From Candidatus Latescibacterota bacterium (GTDB lineage: Bacteria; Latescibacterota; UBA2968; SICM01): a DNA stretch of 64,000 bases. The notes beneath the pieces are model-generated. The model was not told where the DNA came from and did no database searches. It saw only the letters and a program-made list of their open reading frames with translations. The stretch covers positions 4,864,001 through 4,928,000 of the forward strand of contig CBDCJO010000002.1 in the NCBI GenBank assembly GCA_965217865.1. Reading direction: 5' to 3'. Positions 51,025 to 59,054 of this stretch are shown here, piece after piece (position 1 is the stretch's first letter; every line of letters begins with the position of its first letter). The position numbers were made by a program, and so were the translations under genes.

Positions 51025-51509
51025 TTACAATCCCTTAAGCCCCTGCTCAAAGTCTGCACAGAGGTCTTCGGGGGACTCGACGCCCACCGCAACCCGGATC
51101 AAGCGGTCGGAGATGCCGAGTCGAGCCCGATCCTTCGGGATCAGTCCCGAATGTGAGGTGGTGGCGGGTCGGGTGATCAGGGTCTCCACACCGCCGAGGC
51201 TGGGCGCGGAGATCGGGAGCTTCAATCGTGAGATCAGCTTATCCGCCTGTTCCACCCCCCCGCTCATCTCGAAACTCAACCCCCCCCCCGAGCTTCCCCC
51301 TTCTCGATGGCGGCTAACTTGGCGTGCAAAGCCAGGTGATTCGGAGTATTGTTCAGACGGATATATTTCAGGTCGTCATAGCTGCCCTGGCCCGTGTAAG
51401 TGAACGTCGCACTCTGAAAGACCGGCATGCTGACAGCCCCCTCGATCTTTTCCTGGGGTTCTCCCGCGTGGATCAGCATGGTTTGAAGATCTTGATAGGG
51501 TTTACCCAA
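51025..51509 (-). pseudogene. Cys/Met PLP-dependent enzyme (cystathionine gamma-lyase/synthase), internally deleted
   Basis: N-terminus IHAGE..PVFQSATF..YIRLNNTPN..EKGEA joined at a G10 run to LSFE..SLGGVETL..LIRVAVGVE; PLP-lysine region absent. Confidence 0.85.
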
Positions 51510-51747
51510 TGGGACACCCTCCTCCGCTGGCTATCGCATCTGCCAGCGCATGTTCGTCACCTTGCCGCCCTTGAATGTAAACCACTTTGTCCAATCTGAA
51601 TGGGATCCGTCGACTCTCCGATTTTAGGAGAAGAACGACATGACAGGGCTCAGTGGCCCCTTCAAGAATGGCGAGCTCCATATCTGACACCGAAAATGTT
51701 GCGTGAAATCGCAAGTCGCCTTCTGATAGTTTAATAGTTTTCATCAT
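51502..51747 (-). CDS. Small hypothetical ORF (IS passenger or chimeric remnant)
   Basis: AAGGA RBS, 81 aa MMKTIKL..GGGCPIG; stop overlaps the TTG of the downstream gene. Confidence 0.4.
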   Translation of the reverse strand: MMKTIKLSEGDLRFHATFSVSDMELAILEGATEPCHVVLLLKSESRRIPFRLDKVVYIQGRQGDEHALADAIASGGGCPIG

Positions 51748-52751
51748 CCGTATCCTTTTCTTTAGATGTTGCGTAGGTCGGGGCTTGTCTGGTTCATGTG
51801 AAGCATCCTTCAAGAAACGTTCCGAAGGCGTTCTCGTTCTTCCGGTTGTTGTATTTGTAGCAGGCTTCGGCCACGTATAGGGGCATGTAATGCTTTCTGT
51901 AGTGATGATGGGTTCCGTACCACGCTCGCTTGAGCAGGGACCAAAAGCCTTCGATGGTGTTGGTGTGGGTTGCTCCGTCCGCGTAGGCCATGGTGTGGTT
52001 GATGACGGAATGAGGCATGAACCTTCGCACGATGTCATAGGCTTGATATTCGTCTGAAATGAGGATAGAATCTTGAGGATCGACCGTTCTGGTAATAAAG
52101 TCGATGATGCTTCGTCCTGTGGTATCTTCTGCGACGCAGGCCGTGACGTTCCCGGATCGCTCCACCGCCCCCAGAACCGGAGTCTTTTTGGTTCCCCGGC
52201 CTCTCTTGTTCTTTGGTTTTTGGTCATCGTCCTTGCGGTTTCTGCGTCTTCTGGGCCGTCCTCCGACGTAGGTCTCGTCCGCTTCGATGATCCCCTTGAG
52301 CAGGGGGAGTTGTTTGGAGGCCATTGCCGCCCTTATTCGCTGTTGCATATACCATGCCGTGGATTGGATAAGGTTCAGGTCCCGGGCCAGCTGGTAACTG
52401 GACAGGCTTTTCTTGGCGTTAACGATCAATCCGATTGCGCAGAACCATTTTTGGAGAGGAATATGGGTGTTCTGCATGATGGTTTTGGACAATACGTTGA
52501 AGCTGGATTTGCAATCGTGACAGTTCCAACGCCCGATGCGGTTTCGCTCCTTCTTTTGCGCAACATCCATACCCCCGCAGAGCGGGCAGTAAGGCTCGTC
52601 CCCGAACCTGATCCTTTCAAGGTGATCTATGCATGATCTTTGGTTTGGGAACCGGTTGAGTATATCAAATAAATTCATGTGAACCTCCTTAAGTATATAT
52701 ATAATATACTTGATATGGGTCCACTTGTCAAGCCCAAATCGCTTTATCACC
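51505..52751 (-). mobile_element. IS1595-family element (upstream end GGTGATAAAGCG visible, downstream end not identifiable)
   Basis: Transposase with promoter TTGACA-N17-TATATT (52731-52703); interrupts an ORF start at 52775; left boundary uncertain. Confidence 0.6.
51794..52678 (-). CDS. IS1595-family transposase
   Basis: Zn ribbon CPLC..CHDC, IEADETYVGG, LISDE, HTNTIEGFWS, AE..Y.YN.R; AAGGAGG RBS. Confidence 0.95.
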   Translation of the reverse strand: MNLFDILNRFPNQRSCIDHLERIRFGDEPYCPLCGGMDVAQKKERNRIGRWNCHDCKSSFNVLSKTIMQNTHIPLQKWFCAIGLIVNAKKSLSSYQLARDLNLIQSTAWYMQQRIRAAMASKQLPLLKGIIEADETYVGGRPRRRRNRKDDDQKPKNKRGRGTKKTPVLGAVERSGNVTACVAEDTTGRSIIDFITRTVDPQDSILISDEYQAYDIVRRFMPHSVINHTMAYADGATHTNTIEGFWSLLKRAWYGTHHHYRKHYMPLYVAEACYKYNNRKNENAFGTFLEGCFT

Positions 52752-52827
52752 TTGTTTAATATCATCTTCCGTCATCGCCGTTCGGTTCTCCTTTCTGCGA
52801 GGAGGTGAGAGGTTTTAAATTCTGGCA

Positions 52828-52856
52828 AAGATAGTGTAGAAAACATTCGGTGTCAA
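52828..52856 (-). promoter_or_regulatory. Sigma70 promoter of the interrupted minus-strand gene
   Basis: TTGACA-N17-TATCTT, then AAAGGAG RBS and ATG at 52775. Confidence 0.6.
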
Positions 52857-52925
52857 TCTTCATGAGACGTGCGTCCTGTGAATGGTTATCCCAGGGGGCG
52901 TATTCTCCAAGGAGGAGACGGACAT

Positions 52926-53771
52926 ATGGACCGAAAGGGTTATTCCAATCCGGGGCTCCTGATGTCTCCGGTCAAGGTGCTTGAACGCCTGGGTGATCCT
53001 GGCATCTGCATCGTGGATGTCAGACCCACCCACGCCTATGCACGGGGTCATATCCCGGGGGCTGTCCATCTGGACTTTTATGGAATCAGTCTGAACAATA
53101 CGGGGAACGAGGCCTTTCAGGCGTTTATGTGGACCTGTGAGTATCTGCTGGGAAGCCGGGGAATCGACTCGGGAAAGACGATCGTTTTCTACGAGGATTC
53201 GTCGGGGATGCGCGCGGCCAGGGGTTTCTGGATCTGCGAGTACCTCGGACACGAGGATGTCCACGTTTTGGACGGCGGTATGCCCGCCTGGAAGGCGGCC
53301 GGGGGGGAGGTCACGACGGACCACCCAGAACCCCCGCACGCGGAATTTCGGGGGAATCCGGTCCCGGAGAGGCACATCAGCGCGGAGGAGATACGTGAAT
53401 CGCTGGGGCGGGAAGACTTCCTGGTGCTCGACGTGCGAAGAGAAGATGAGTATTACGGACGGAAGGTTCGTGCGGCAAGAGGCGGGGCGATACCCGGTGC
53501 GATCCACGTCGAGTGGACCCGTAATCTGGACGATCAAGGGGCATTCAAATCCGGAGGAGAATTGAAGAGCCTTTACGAAGGGGCGGGGGTTTTACCCGGT
53601 AAGGAGATCGCCTGTCATTGCCAGGGTGGCTACCGCTCGGCCAACACCTATCTGGCGCTTCGTCTGCTCGGGTACCCGAAGGTTCGCAACTATATCGGTT
53701 CGTGGAAGGAGTGGGGGGACAGGATGGATCTGCCGGTGGAGATGCCAAGACCAAAGACCCGCGAAACGTGA
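52926..53771 (+). CDS. Thiosulfate/3-mercaptopyruvate sulfurtransferase (tandem rhodanese)
   Basis: GHIPGA, VLDGG, LDVR, GAIPGA, HCQGGYRS, YIGSWKEW. Confidence 0.93.
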   Translation: MDRKGYSNPGLLMSPVKVLERLGDPGICIVDVRPTHAYARGHIPGAVHLDFYGISLNNTGNEAFQAFMWTCEYLLGSRGIDSGKTIVFYEDSSGMRAARGFWICEYLGHEDVHVLDGGMPAWKAAGGEVTTDHPEPPHAEFRGNPVPERHISAEEIRESLGREDFLVLDVRREDEYYGRKVRAARGGAIPGAIHVEWTRNLDDQGAFKSGGELKSLYEGAGVLPGKEIACHCQGGYRSANTYLALRLLGYPKVRNYIGSWKEWGDRMDLPVEMPRPKTRET

Positions 53772-53857
53772 AGGCTGGGTTTCGGGTAAAATAAAGTTAG
53801 TGACGGGTCCTGAGCTTCGCCCTTTGAAGACAGGGTTTCTGCTTTTTGACGACCTAG

Positions 53858-54790
53858 CTACCCGAAGGTTGTCCTGAGCCGCCGGATGGTATCCTCTGAC
53901 AGCGGATTCCCGGAGGCCTTCACATTTTCAACGACCTGATCCGGCGTTTTTGCCCCGGGGATTACGGTTGAGACTGCGGGATGGGCCAGGGCGAACCGGA
54001 GGGATCCCTCGGTTAAAGTGGAGGCTTCTTCAAGAAGGAAACCGAGCCGGCCGACTTTGGCGGCCATTTTCACGCACCGGCTCATCGGATAGGTCTGGCT
54101 GCGGTGGTCATCCTGAGGAAACGCCGTCTCGGCGCTGTATTTACCCGTTAACCACCCCGATGCAAGCGGCACCCGAACGATGATCCCCACCCCTTTTTCC
54201 TGAGCCAAAGGGAAGATCGTGTCTCCTACCTTCTGCTGGAGGATGTTGTAAACCAGTTGGAGCGCTTGAGCGCCTCCCTCGATGGCCCGCATACCCTCTT
54301 CGATTGAGTCGATCGAGACGCCCCACGAACGAATCCTCCCACCTGTTTTCAAGTCTTCCATCAAACTGAATAACTCGTCCGTCATGACTTCCTCCTCCGG
54401 TCCGTGAAGCAGATAAAGATCGATGCAGTCCATCTCAAGCCGGGTAAGGCTGGCGTCGAGCGAGCCCCGAATATAATCCGGCGAGAAATCCTGGCCTGGC
54501 AGAGACAGCCTGTTTCCCACCTTCGTAGCAATTACCGCGTCTTCTTTGTTCCCGAGTAAACCGAGACCGACCAGCACCTCGCTTTTGCCCCGCCCATAGG
54601 CATCGGCCGTGTCGTAGAAGGTTACTCCCAGCTCCCAGGCTCGTCGGACCGCCTCGAGGGATTGATCGATTTCCGCTCCAGCCCAGCCAGAAGGATGGCC
54701 CCCCCTGAAGGATGCCCCACCGATCCCCCAACAACCCAGACCGATTTCGGAGACACTGATACCGGTTTTTCCGAGTTCGCGGAACTCCAT
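53858..54790 (-). CDS. Aldo/keto reductase
   Basis: IGLGCW, YDTADAYG, IATKVG, DLYLLH, PLASGWLTGK, VIPGAK. Confidence 0.93.
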   Translation of the reverse strand: MEFRELGKTGISVSEIGLGCWGIGGASFRGGHPSGWAGAEIDQSLEAVRRAWELGVTFYDTADAYGRGKSEVLVGLGLLGNKEDAVIATKVGNRLSLPGQDFSPDYIRGSLDASLTRLEMDCIDLYLLHGPEEEVMTDELFSLMEDLKTGGRIRSWGVSIDSIEEGMRAIEGGAQALQLVYNILQQKVGDTIFPLAQEKGVGIIVRVPLASGWLTGKYSAETAFPQDDHRSQTYPMSRCVKMAAKVGRLGFLLEEASTLTEGSLRFALAHPAVSTVIPGAKTPDQVVENVKASGNPLSEDTIRRLRTTFG

Positions 54791-54810
54791 AGTTTATGCC
54801 TTTCTTTTTA

Positions 54811-54839
54811 TTGACATTTTCTGAGCCTCGATGTATCCT
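54811..54839 (+). promoter_or_regulatory. Sigma70 promoter of pfkA
   Basis: TTGACA-N17-TATCCT. Confidence 0.6.
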
Positions 54840-54898
54840 GTTTTATATAAATAATTTTTGCTGATTCCGCAGTTTATACATTTCACAGTGGATTACGA

Positions 54899-56002
54899 GT
54901 GAACGCCGGCATCAAGAAAGTTCTGGTCGTCACCGGCGGCGGAGACGCTCCGGGTCTCAACGCCGTCATCCGGGCTATTGTAAAGCTTGCGGTCCGCGGT
55001 TACGGATGGGAGGTTGTCGGCAGTGCAGACGCATATAACGGTATCCTGTCCGACCCGATGGATGTCTGCCCTCTTACGATGGAGAGCGTCCGGGGTCTCC
55101 TGGCCCGGGGGGGCACGATACTGGGTACGACCAGTAAGGGCTCGCCTTTCGAATTTCCAATCCAGGGACCCGACGGGCAATGGACTGAAGTGGATCGATC
55201 CGACGACCTGATCGAACGGATCAGCGACCTCGAGGTGGATGCCGTGATCAGCATGGGCGGAGAGGGCTCCCAGGCCATCTCGCAGAGGTTGTTTGAAAAG
55301 GGTCTCCCGATCGTCGGGGTCCCCAAGACAATCGACAACGATCTGTCCGCCACGGATATGACCTTCGGTTACCAGACCGCGGTTGAGACTGCCACGGATG
55401 CCGTCGACAAACTCCATTCCACGGCCGAGAGCCACGATCGCGTGATGATCCTTGAGGTGATGGGCCGGGACGCCGGCTGGATTGCCATGGCCTCCGGGAT
55501 CGCGGGGGGCGCCGATGTGATCCTGATTCCAGAAATCCCCTACGACATCGAAAAGGTGGCCAAGCGGGTCAAAATCAGGAGTCGCAGGGGGATCATGTTT
55601 TCAATCATCGTCGTGGCAGAGGGTGCTTACCCGAAGGATGGGGCGCCCATCGGGGAGAAAAGCGACATTTTGGGCCGCCAGCAACCTATTCTCGGTGGGG
55701 TCGGAAGGTGGCTGGTCAAGCAACTCCAGGGTCTCACCAACCAGGAAGCCCGGGTTACGGTCCTCGGCCATCTACAGCGCGGCGGAAGCCCGTGTGCGAT
55801 GGACCGCATCCTGGCATCACAATATGGTGTGGCCGCGGTCGAGCTGGTTGCAGAAGGCAAGTTCGGTCAAATGGTCTCCCTTCGGCACCAGGAGATCGTC
55901 AGCGTTCCGCTAACGGAAGCCATCAAAGAATATCACTACGTTGACCTGAACCATCCCCTGATTCATACCGCAAGGGCTCTGGGGATCAGCCTCGGGGATT
56001 GA
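54899..56002 (+). CDS. pfkA: 6-phosphofructokinase (ATP-type GGxGS)
   Basis: TGGGDAPGLN, GGTILGT, GGEGS, PKTIDND, EVMGR, LGHLQRGG. Confidence 0.93.
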   Translation: MNAGIKKVLVVTGGGDAPGLNAVIRAIVKLAVRGYGWEVVGSADAYNGILSDPMDVCPLTMESVRGLLARGGTILGTTSKGSPFEFPIQGPDGQWTEVDRSDDLIERISDLEVDAVISMGGEGSQAISQRLFEKGLPIVGVPKTIDNDLSATDMTFGYQTAVETATDAVDKLHSTAESHDRVMILEVMGRDAGWIAMASGIAGGADVILIPEIPYDIEKVAKRVKIRSRRGIMFSIIVVAEGAYPKDGAPIGEKSDILGRQQPILGGVGRWLVKQLQGLTNQEARVTVLGHLQRGGSPCAMDRILASQYGVAAVELVAEGKFGQMVSLRHQEIVSVPLTEAIKEYHYVDLNHPLIHTARALGISLGD

Positions 56003-56018
56003 ACCTGTTTCCCGAGGC

Positions 56019-56930
56019 TTACGCCCCGATTTCTTCCCGTTGTTCCCGATTGACGATTGCAATGCCCGCCCCGACGAGGATCATGCTGGCCAGGAGGCCC
56101 GGCGAGATCGTCTCGTGGAGCAGAAGATCGCTCAGGAGGACTCCGAACACGGGAGTACAAAAACCGAATACTCCCAGCCGACTTGCGCTGTATCGTCGCA
56201 AGAGGGTTGTGTGAATAACAAAACAGAAACCGGCGACCACAAGCCCCTGGTAGAGAATGGCCACGATGATGGTGGGATCGAACCGGTAACCGGCCCCACC
56301 TTCGAAAAGCGCACTGAGAAGGATGAAGAACGGCAAGCTCAAGGTCGATTGCCAGAGGAGGAGCTTGTAGGGATGAATCGCCTGAGTGAGGCGCTTACTG
56401 TAGACTTGACGGGCGCCCAGCAGGATGCCGCTTCCTAAAACCATTATGTCTCCGGACAGGTTCGAAAAATCGCCGAGCTTCAGGGATTCCCCGAAGATGA
56501 GGACGACTCCGGAAAATGAGAGAACCATTCCGAACACCTTGAGCCGGCTGAGTCTATCTCCCGGAACGAAAATATGTGCGAAGAGGGCCGTAAAGAAGGG
56601 ATAGATGGTGATCAGCACGATCGATCGGCTTGCGAGGGTATGGTGGGTTCCCAGGTTGAGGAGAAGGATCTGGGCCAGGAACAACAGAGACAATAGGAAG
56701 AGGCGAAGTCGGTCGCACGCCTCCATACGGAGGGAAATACCATTCAGCAGGGACAAGAAAATAACCACAAGGGAACCGATCAAAAATCGGACCCCCGCCA
56801 GCGCTATCGGAGGCAAACCGACCAGGGCCAGTTTGATCGAAACCGAATTGCCCCCCCAGAGTATTGCCGCCAGGATGGCCAGGGCGCCCGCTCGTGGTGT
56901 GATGGATTCATTGAGGACTTTCAAAGGCAT
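56019..56930 (-). CDS. DMT/EamA family transporter
   Basis: LWGGN..K, 10 TM segments in two EamA repeats. Confidence 0.9.
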   Translation of the reverse strand: MPLKVLNESITPRAGALAILAAILWGGNSVSIKLALVGLPPIALAGVRFLIGSLVVIFLSLLNGISLRMEACDRLRLFLLSLLFLAQILLLNLGTHHTLASRSIVLITIYPFFTALFAHIFVPGDRLSRLKVFGMVLSFSGVVLIFGESLKLGDFSNLSGDIMVLGSGILLGARQVYSKRLTQAIHPYKLLLWQSTLSLPFFILLSALFEGGAGYRFDPTIIVAILYQGLVVAGFCFVIHTTLLRRYSASRLGVFGFCTPVFGVLLSDLLLHETISPGLLASMILVGAGIAIVNREQREEIGA

Positions 56931-57058
56931 ATATCCGTCGACTCTTGTGTGGAAAAAAACTTGAATATACAGGCCCCTTCTTAAACGGTCAACCTTTTTT
57001 GACGCGGTGAAATTGTTCTGGGATAATCATCAAGGTGTGGAACAGGCAGAGGTGTTCA

Positions 57059-58096
57059 GTGGATGAGATCAAGGTGATATTCGATGGTGTGCCGACGGGT
57101 ACTCTGGAGGAGGTTGGGTTGAAAGAGGCAGATGTGGAAGTTCCCCTGGAGCGGTTTTGCGCGTCTGTGGGGGCGGATCTGGACGTATCAGAGGGTAAGA
57201 CGGTTGTCTGTTCGGGAGATCTCTGCGTCATGGTGGAGGTCACGCGCACTCATGAGGGGAAGTCCTTTACCTGGTTATCCGGATTGACCCAGGCGCTCGG
57301 ACTGACCTGGGTCTTTCAGGAGGGGGACCGGGAACTCCGGTTGACAACGGAAGTTGAAAGGACAACCGGGGTGAGTCTGCGGGTGGGTGACCTCGCACCC
57401 GAATTCACGCTTCCGGACCTGTCCGGGCGGTTGTGTTCTTCCAGTTCGTTCAGGGGAAGGAAATCCGTCTTTTATGTCTGGGCTTCCTGGTGAGGCTGTC
57501 GAGGCCAGCTGCCCGGGTGGCAGTCCTTCTTTTCAAGGTTCCAAAATTCGATCCGGGTGGTGGTCATCGCGGCGGATGCGCAAGGTCCCGAAGTGGTGAA
57601 GCCGTGGGTCGAAGGGATGGATTTCCAGACACTGGTCGATCGGAACAACCTCCTCGGCAAGTTGCTGAACGTTAAATTCGTCCCCTATATCATCCCTGTG
57701 GATGAAAAGGGGCGGCTTTGCCGGGGGATTGCCGGTTTCGACATCCAGGAGGCGAATCTCAGGGATGACCTTGAGACCTGGGCTGCCACGGGGATGATTC
57801 CCAAGGCCTGGCATGAGGCGGAAGGCAAAAAGGTCCCATCTTGGAACCTGACACCGGATGGCCGGGAGGCAGACGATAGGTATCAGCGTGCGGTCAGGCT
57901 GCTGGATGAGGGAGAGCGGGAGGAGGCGATTGCCGAACTCTACGCGGCTTTCAGACGGGACCCGCAAAACTGGATCATTCGTAAACAACTATGGGCTGTG
58001 GAACATCCCGAGGCTTTCTACAAAGGTCCCGTGGATTACGATTGGCAGCGACGGAGGCAACAGGAGGAGGACAAAAACGTGGAGCGTATCTCTTAA
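57059..58096 (+). CDS. Probable selenocysteine-containing AhpC/TSA (TlpA-like) redoxin with C-terminal TPR-like helices
   Basis: APEFTLPDL..FRGRK..WASW-TGA(57491)-GCRGQLPGWQ is in frame with ORF 57557-58096; hairpin CTGCC-CGGGT-GGCAG lies just downstream; start 57035 or 57059. Confidence 0.82.
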
Positions 58097-58114
58097 AGCG
58101 TGAAGCGGTCAAAA

Positions 58115-58305
58115 CCCGTGGATCGTTATTCGTGAATCGGGGTTCGGAAGTCGGGGGTCAGAGATCAGGGATCGGAGGTCAGGGAAGTCAAAACCGGTAG
58201 TCAGGGGTCGGAAGCCAGGGAAAATGAAGATTGAAAATCGAAGAGATCCAGAATAAGCCCTGAGGTGTTCAAATATTCAATTTTCCGATATTCAATCCTC
58301 AATGA
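58115..58305. repeat. Composite heptamer intergenic element
   Basis: CCCGTGGATCG..TCGTGAATCGGGG, GTCAGAG/GTCGGAA arrays, ATTGAA/ATTCAAT arms homologous to 17310-17402. Confidence 0.7.
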
Positions 58306-58315
58306 AGTTTTTGAG

Positions 58316-58340
58316 GTAGGAGCCGCCTTCTGGCGGCGAA
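58316..58340 (+). repeat. GTAG-type REP palindrome
   Basis: GTAG-GA-GCCGCC-TTCT-GGCGGC-GAA. Confidence 0.55.
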
Positions 58341-58436
58341 TATGAAAAAGGACGTGAAGCGGGAAACCCCATATTCTTCAGGGTTTCGACGAGGTAAGCT
58401 TCACGATTCACGTTTTTCTTCAGGAGATCCTTTAAG

Positions 58437-59054
58437 ATGAATGGGAAATTTAGCCCGATCGGGAATTTTCTCAGTTCAAAAAAAGCAATTTTTGCGATCC
58501 TGGGGATAGTGTTGCTTTTTCCCGTGCAAAACCCTCAGGCCATGAAGGTCGTGGCCTTAAGACTCCAGGAGATGGTCGGACGTGCGGATCGCATCTTCGT
58601 CGGCACCTGTCTGGACGCGAAAAGCGAGGTCGATCCAAACCGAGGGTTTGTGGTAACAACCTATACCTTCTCGGTCGTTCATCCGGTTAAAGGAGATGTT
58701 GAAAAAACCGTACTGTTTCGACAGTACGGAGGAAGGACCGCGAAACGAAGATCGTTTATCGACGGCCTGCCGGTCTACCGACCGGGTCAGGAAGTCGTGC
58801 TCTTCCTGAAACCGGTGAGCGAATGGGGTCTCACGAGCCCTGTGGGCGTATTTCAGGGATGTTTCGGAGTTACCAGATCCAGGGCGGGGAGGCGTTTTGT
58901 GGTCAACAGCCCTTATTCCCGTCACCTTTCCGGCCAGGCATTGTTTCGAACAGCGCACGCCTTTTCCAAGCCCGCCCGACTGTCGCCCGAGGGTCGCATG
59001 GATCTTGAGGATTTCATCGAATTGATCGTGGGTATGGTAGAGGATGGTGAATAA
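58437..59054 (+). CDS. Exported hypothetical protein (matrixin-associated propeptide-like)
   Basis: Signal peptide; L.EMV.RADRIFVG, V..PVKG, GG, P.Y.PGQEVVLFL, VG..QG.F. Confidence 0.72.
   Translation: MNGKFSPIGNFLSSKKAIFAILGIVLLFPVQNPQAMKVVALRLQEMVGRADRIFVGTCLDAKSEVDPNRGFVVTTYTFSVVHPVKGDVEKTVLFRQYGGRTAKRRSFIDGLPVYRPGQEVVLFLKPVSEWGLTSPVGVFQGCFGVTRSRAGRRFVVNSPYSRHLSGQALFRTAHAFSKPARLSPEGRMDLEDFIELIVGMVEDGE

Noticed and set aside
51748-52227. 241-aa ORF as a programmed-frameshift partner of the IS1595 transposase
   Set aside because: The transposase is complete in one frame; only the last 81 codons have their own RBS.
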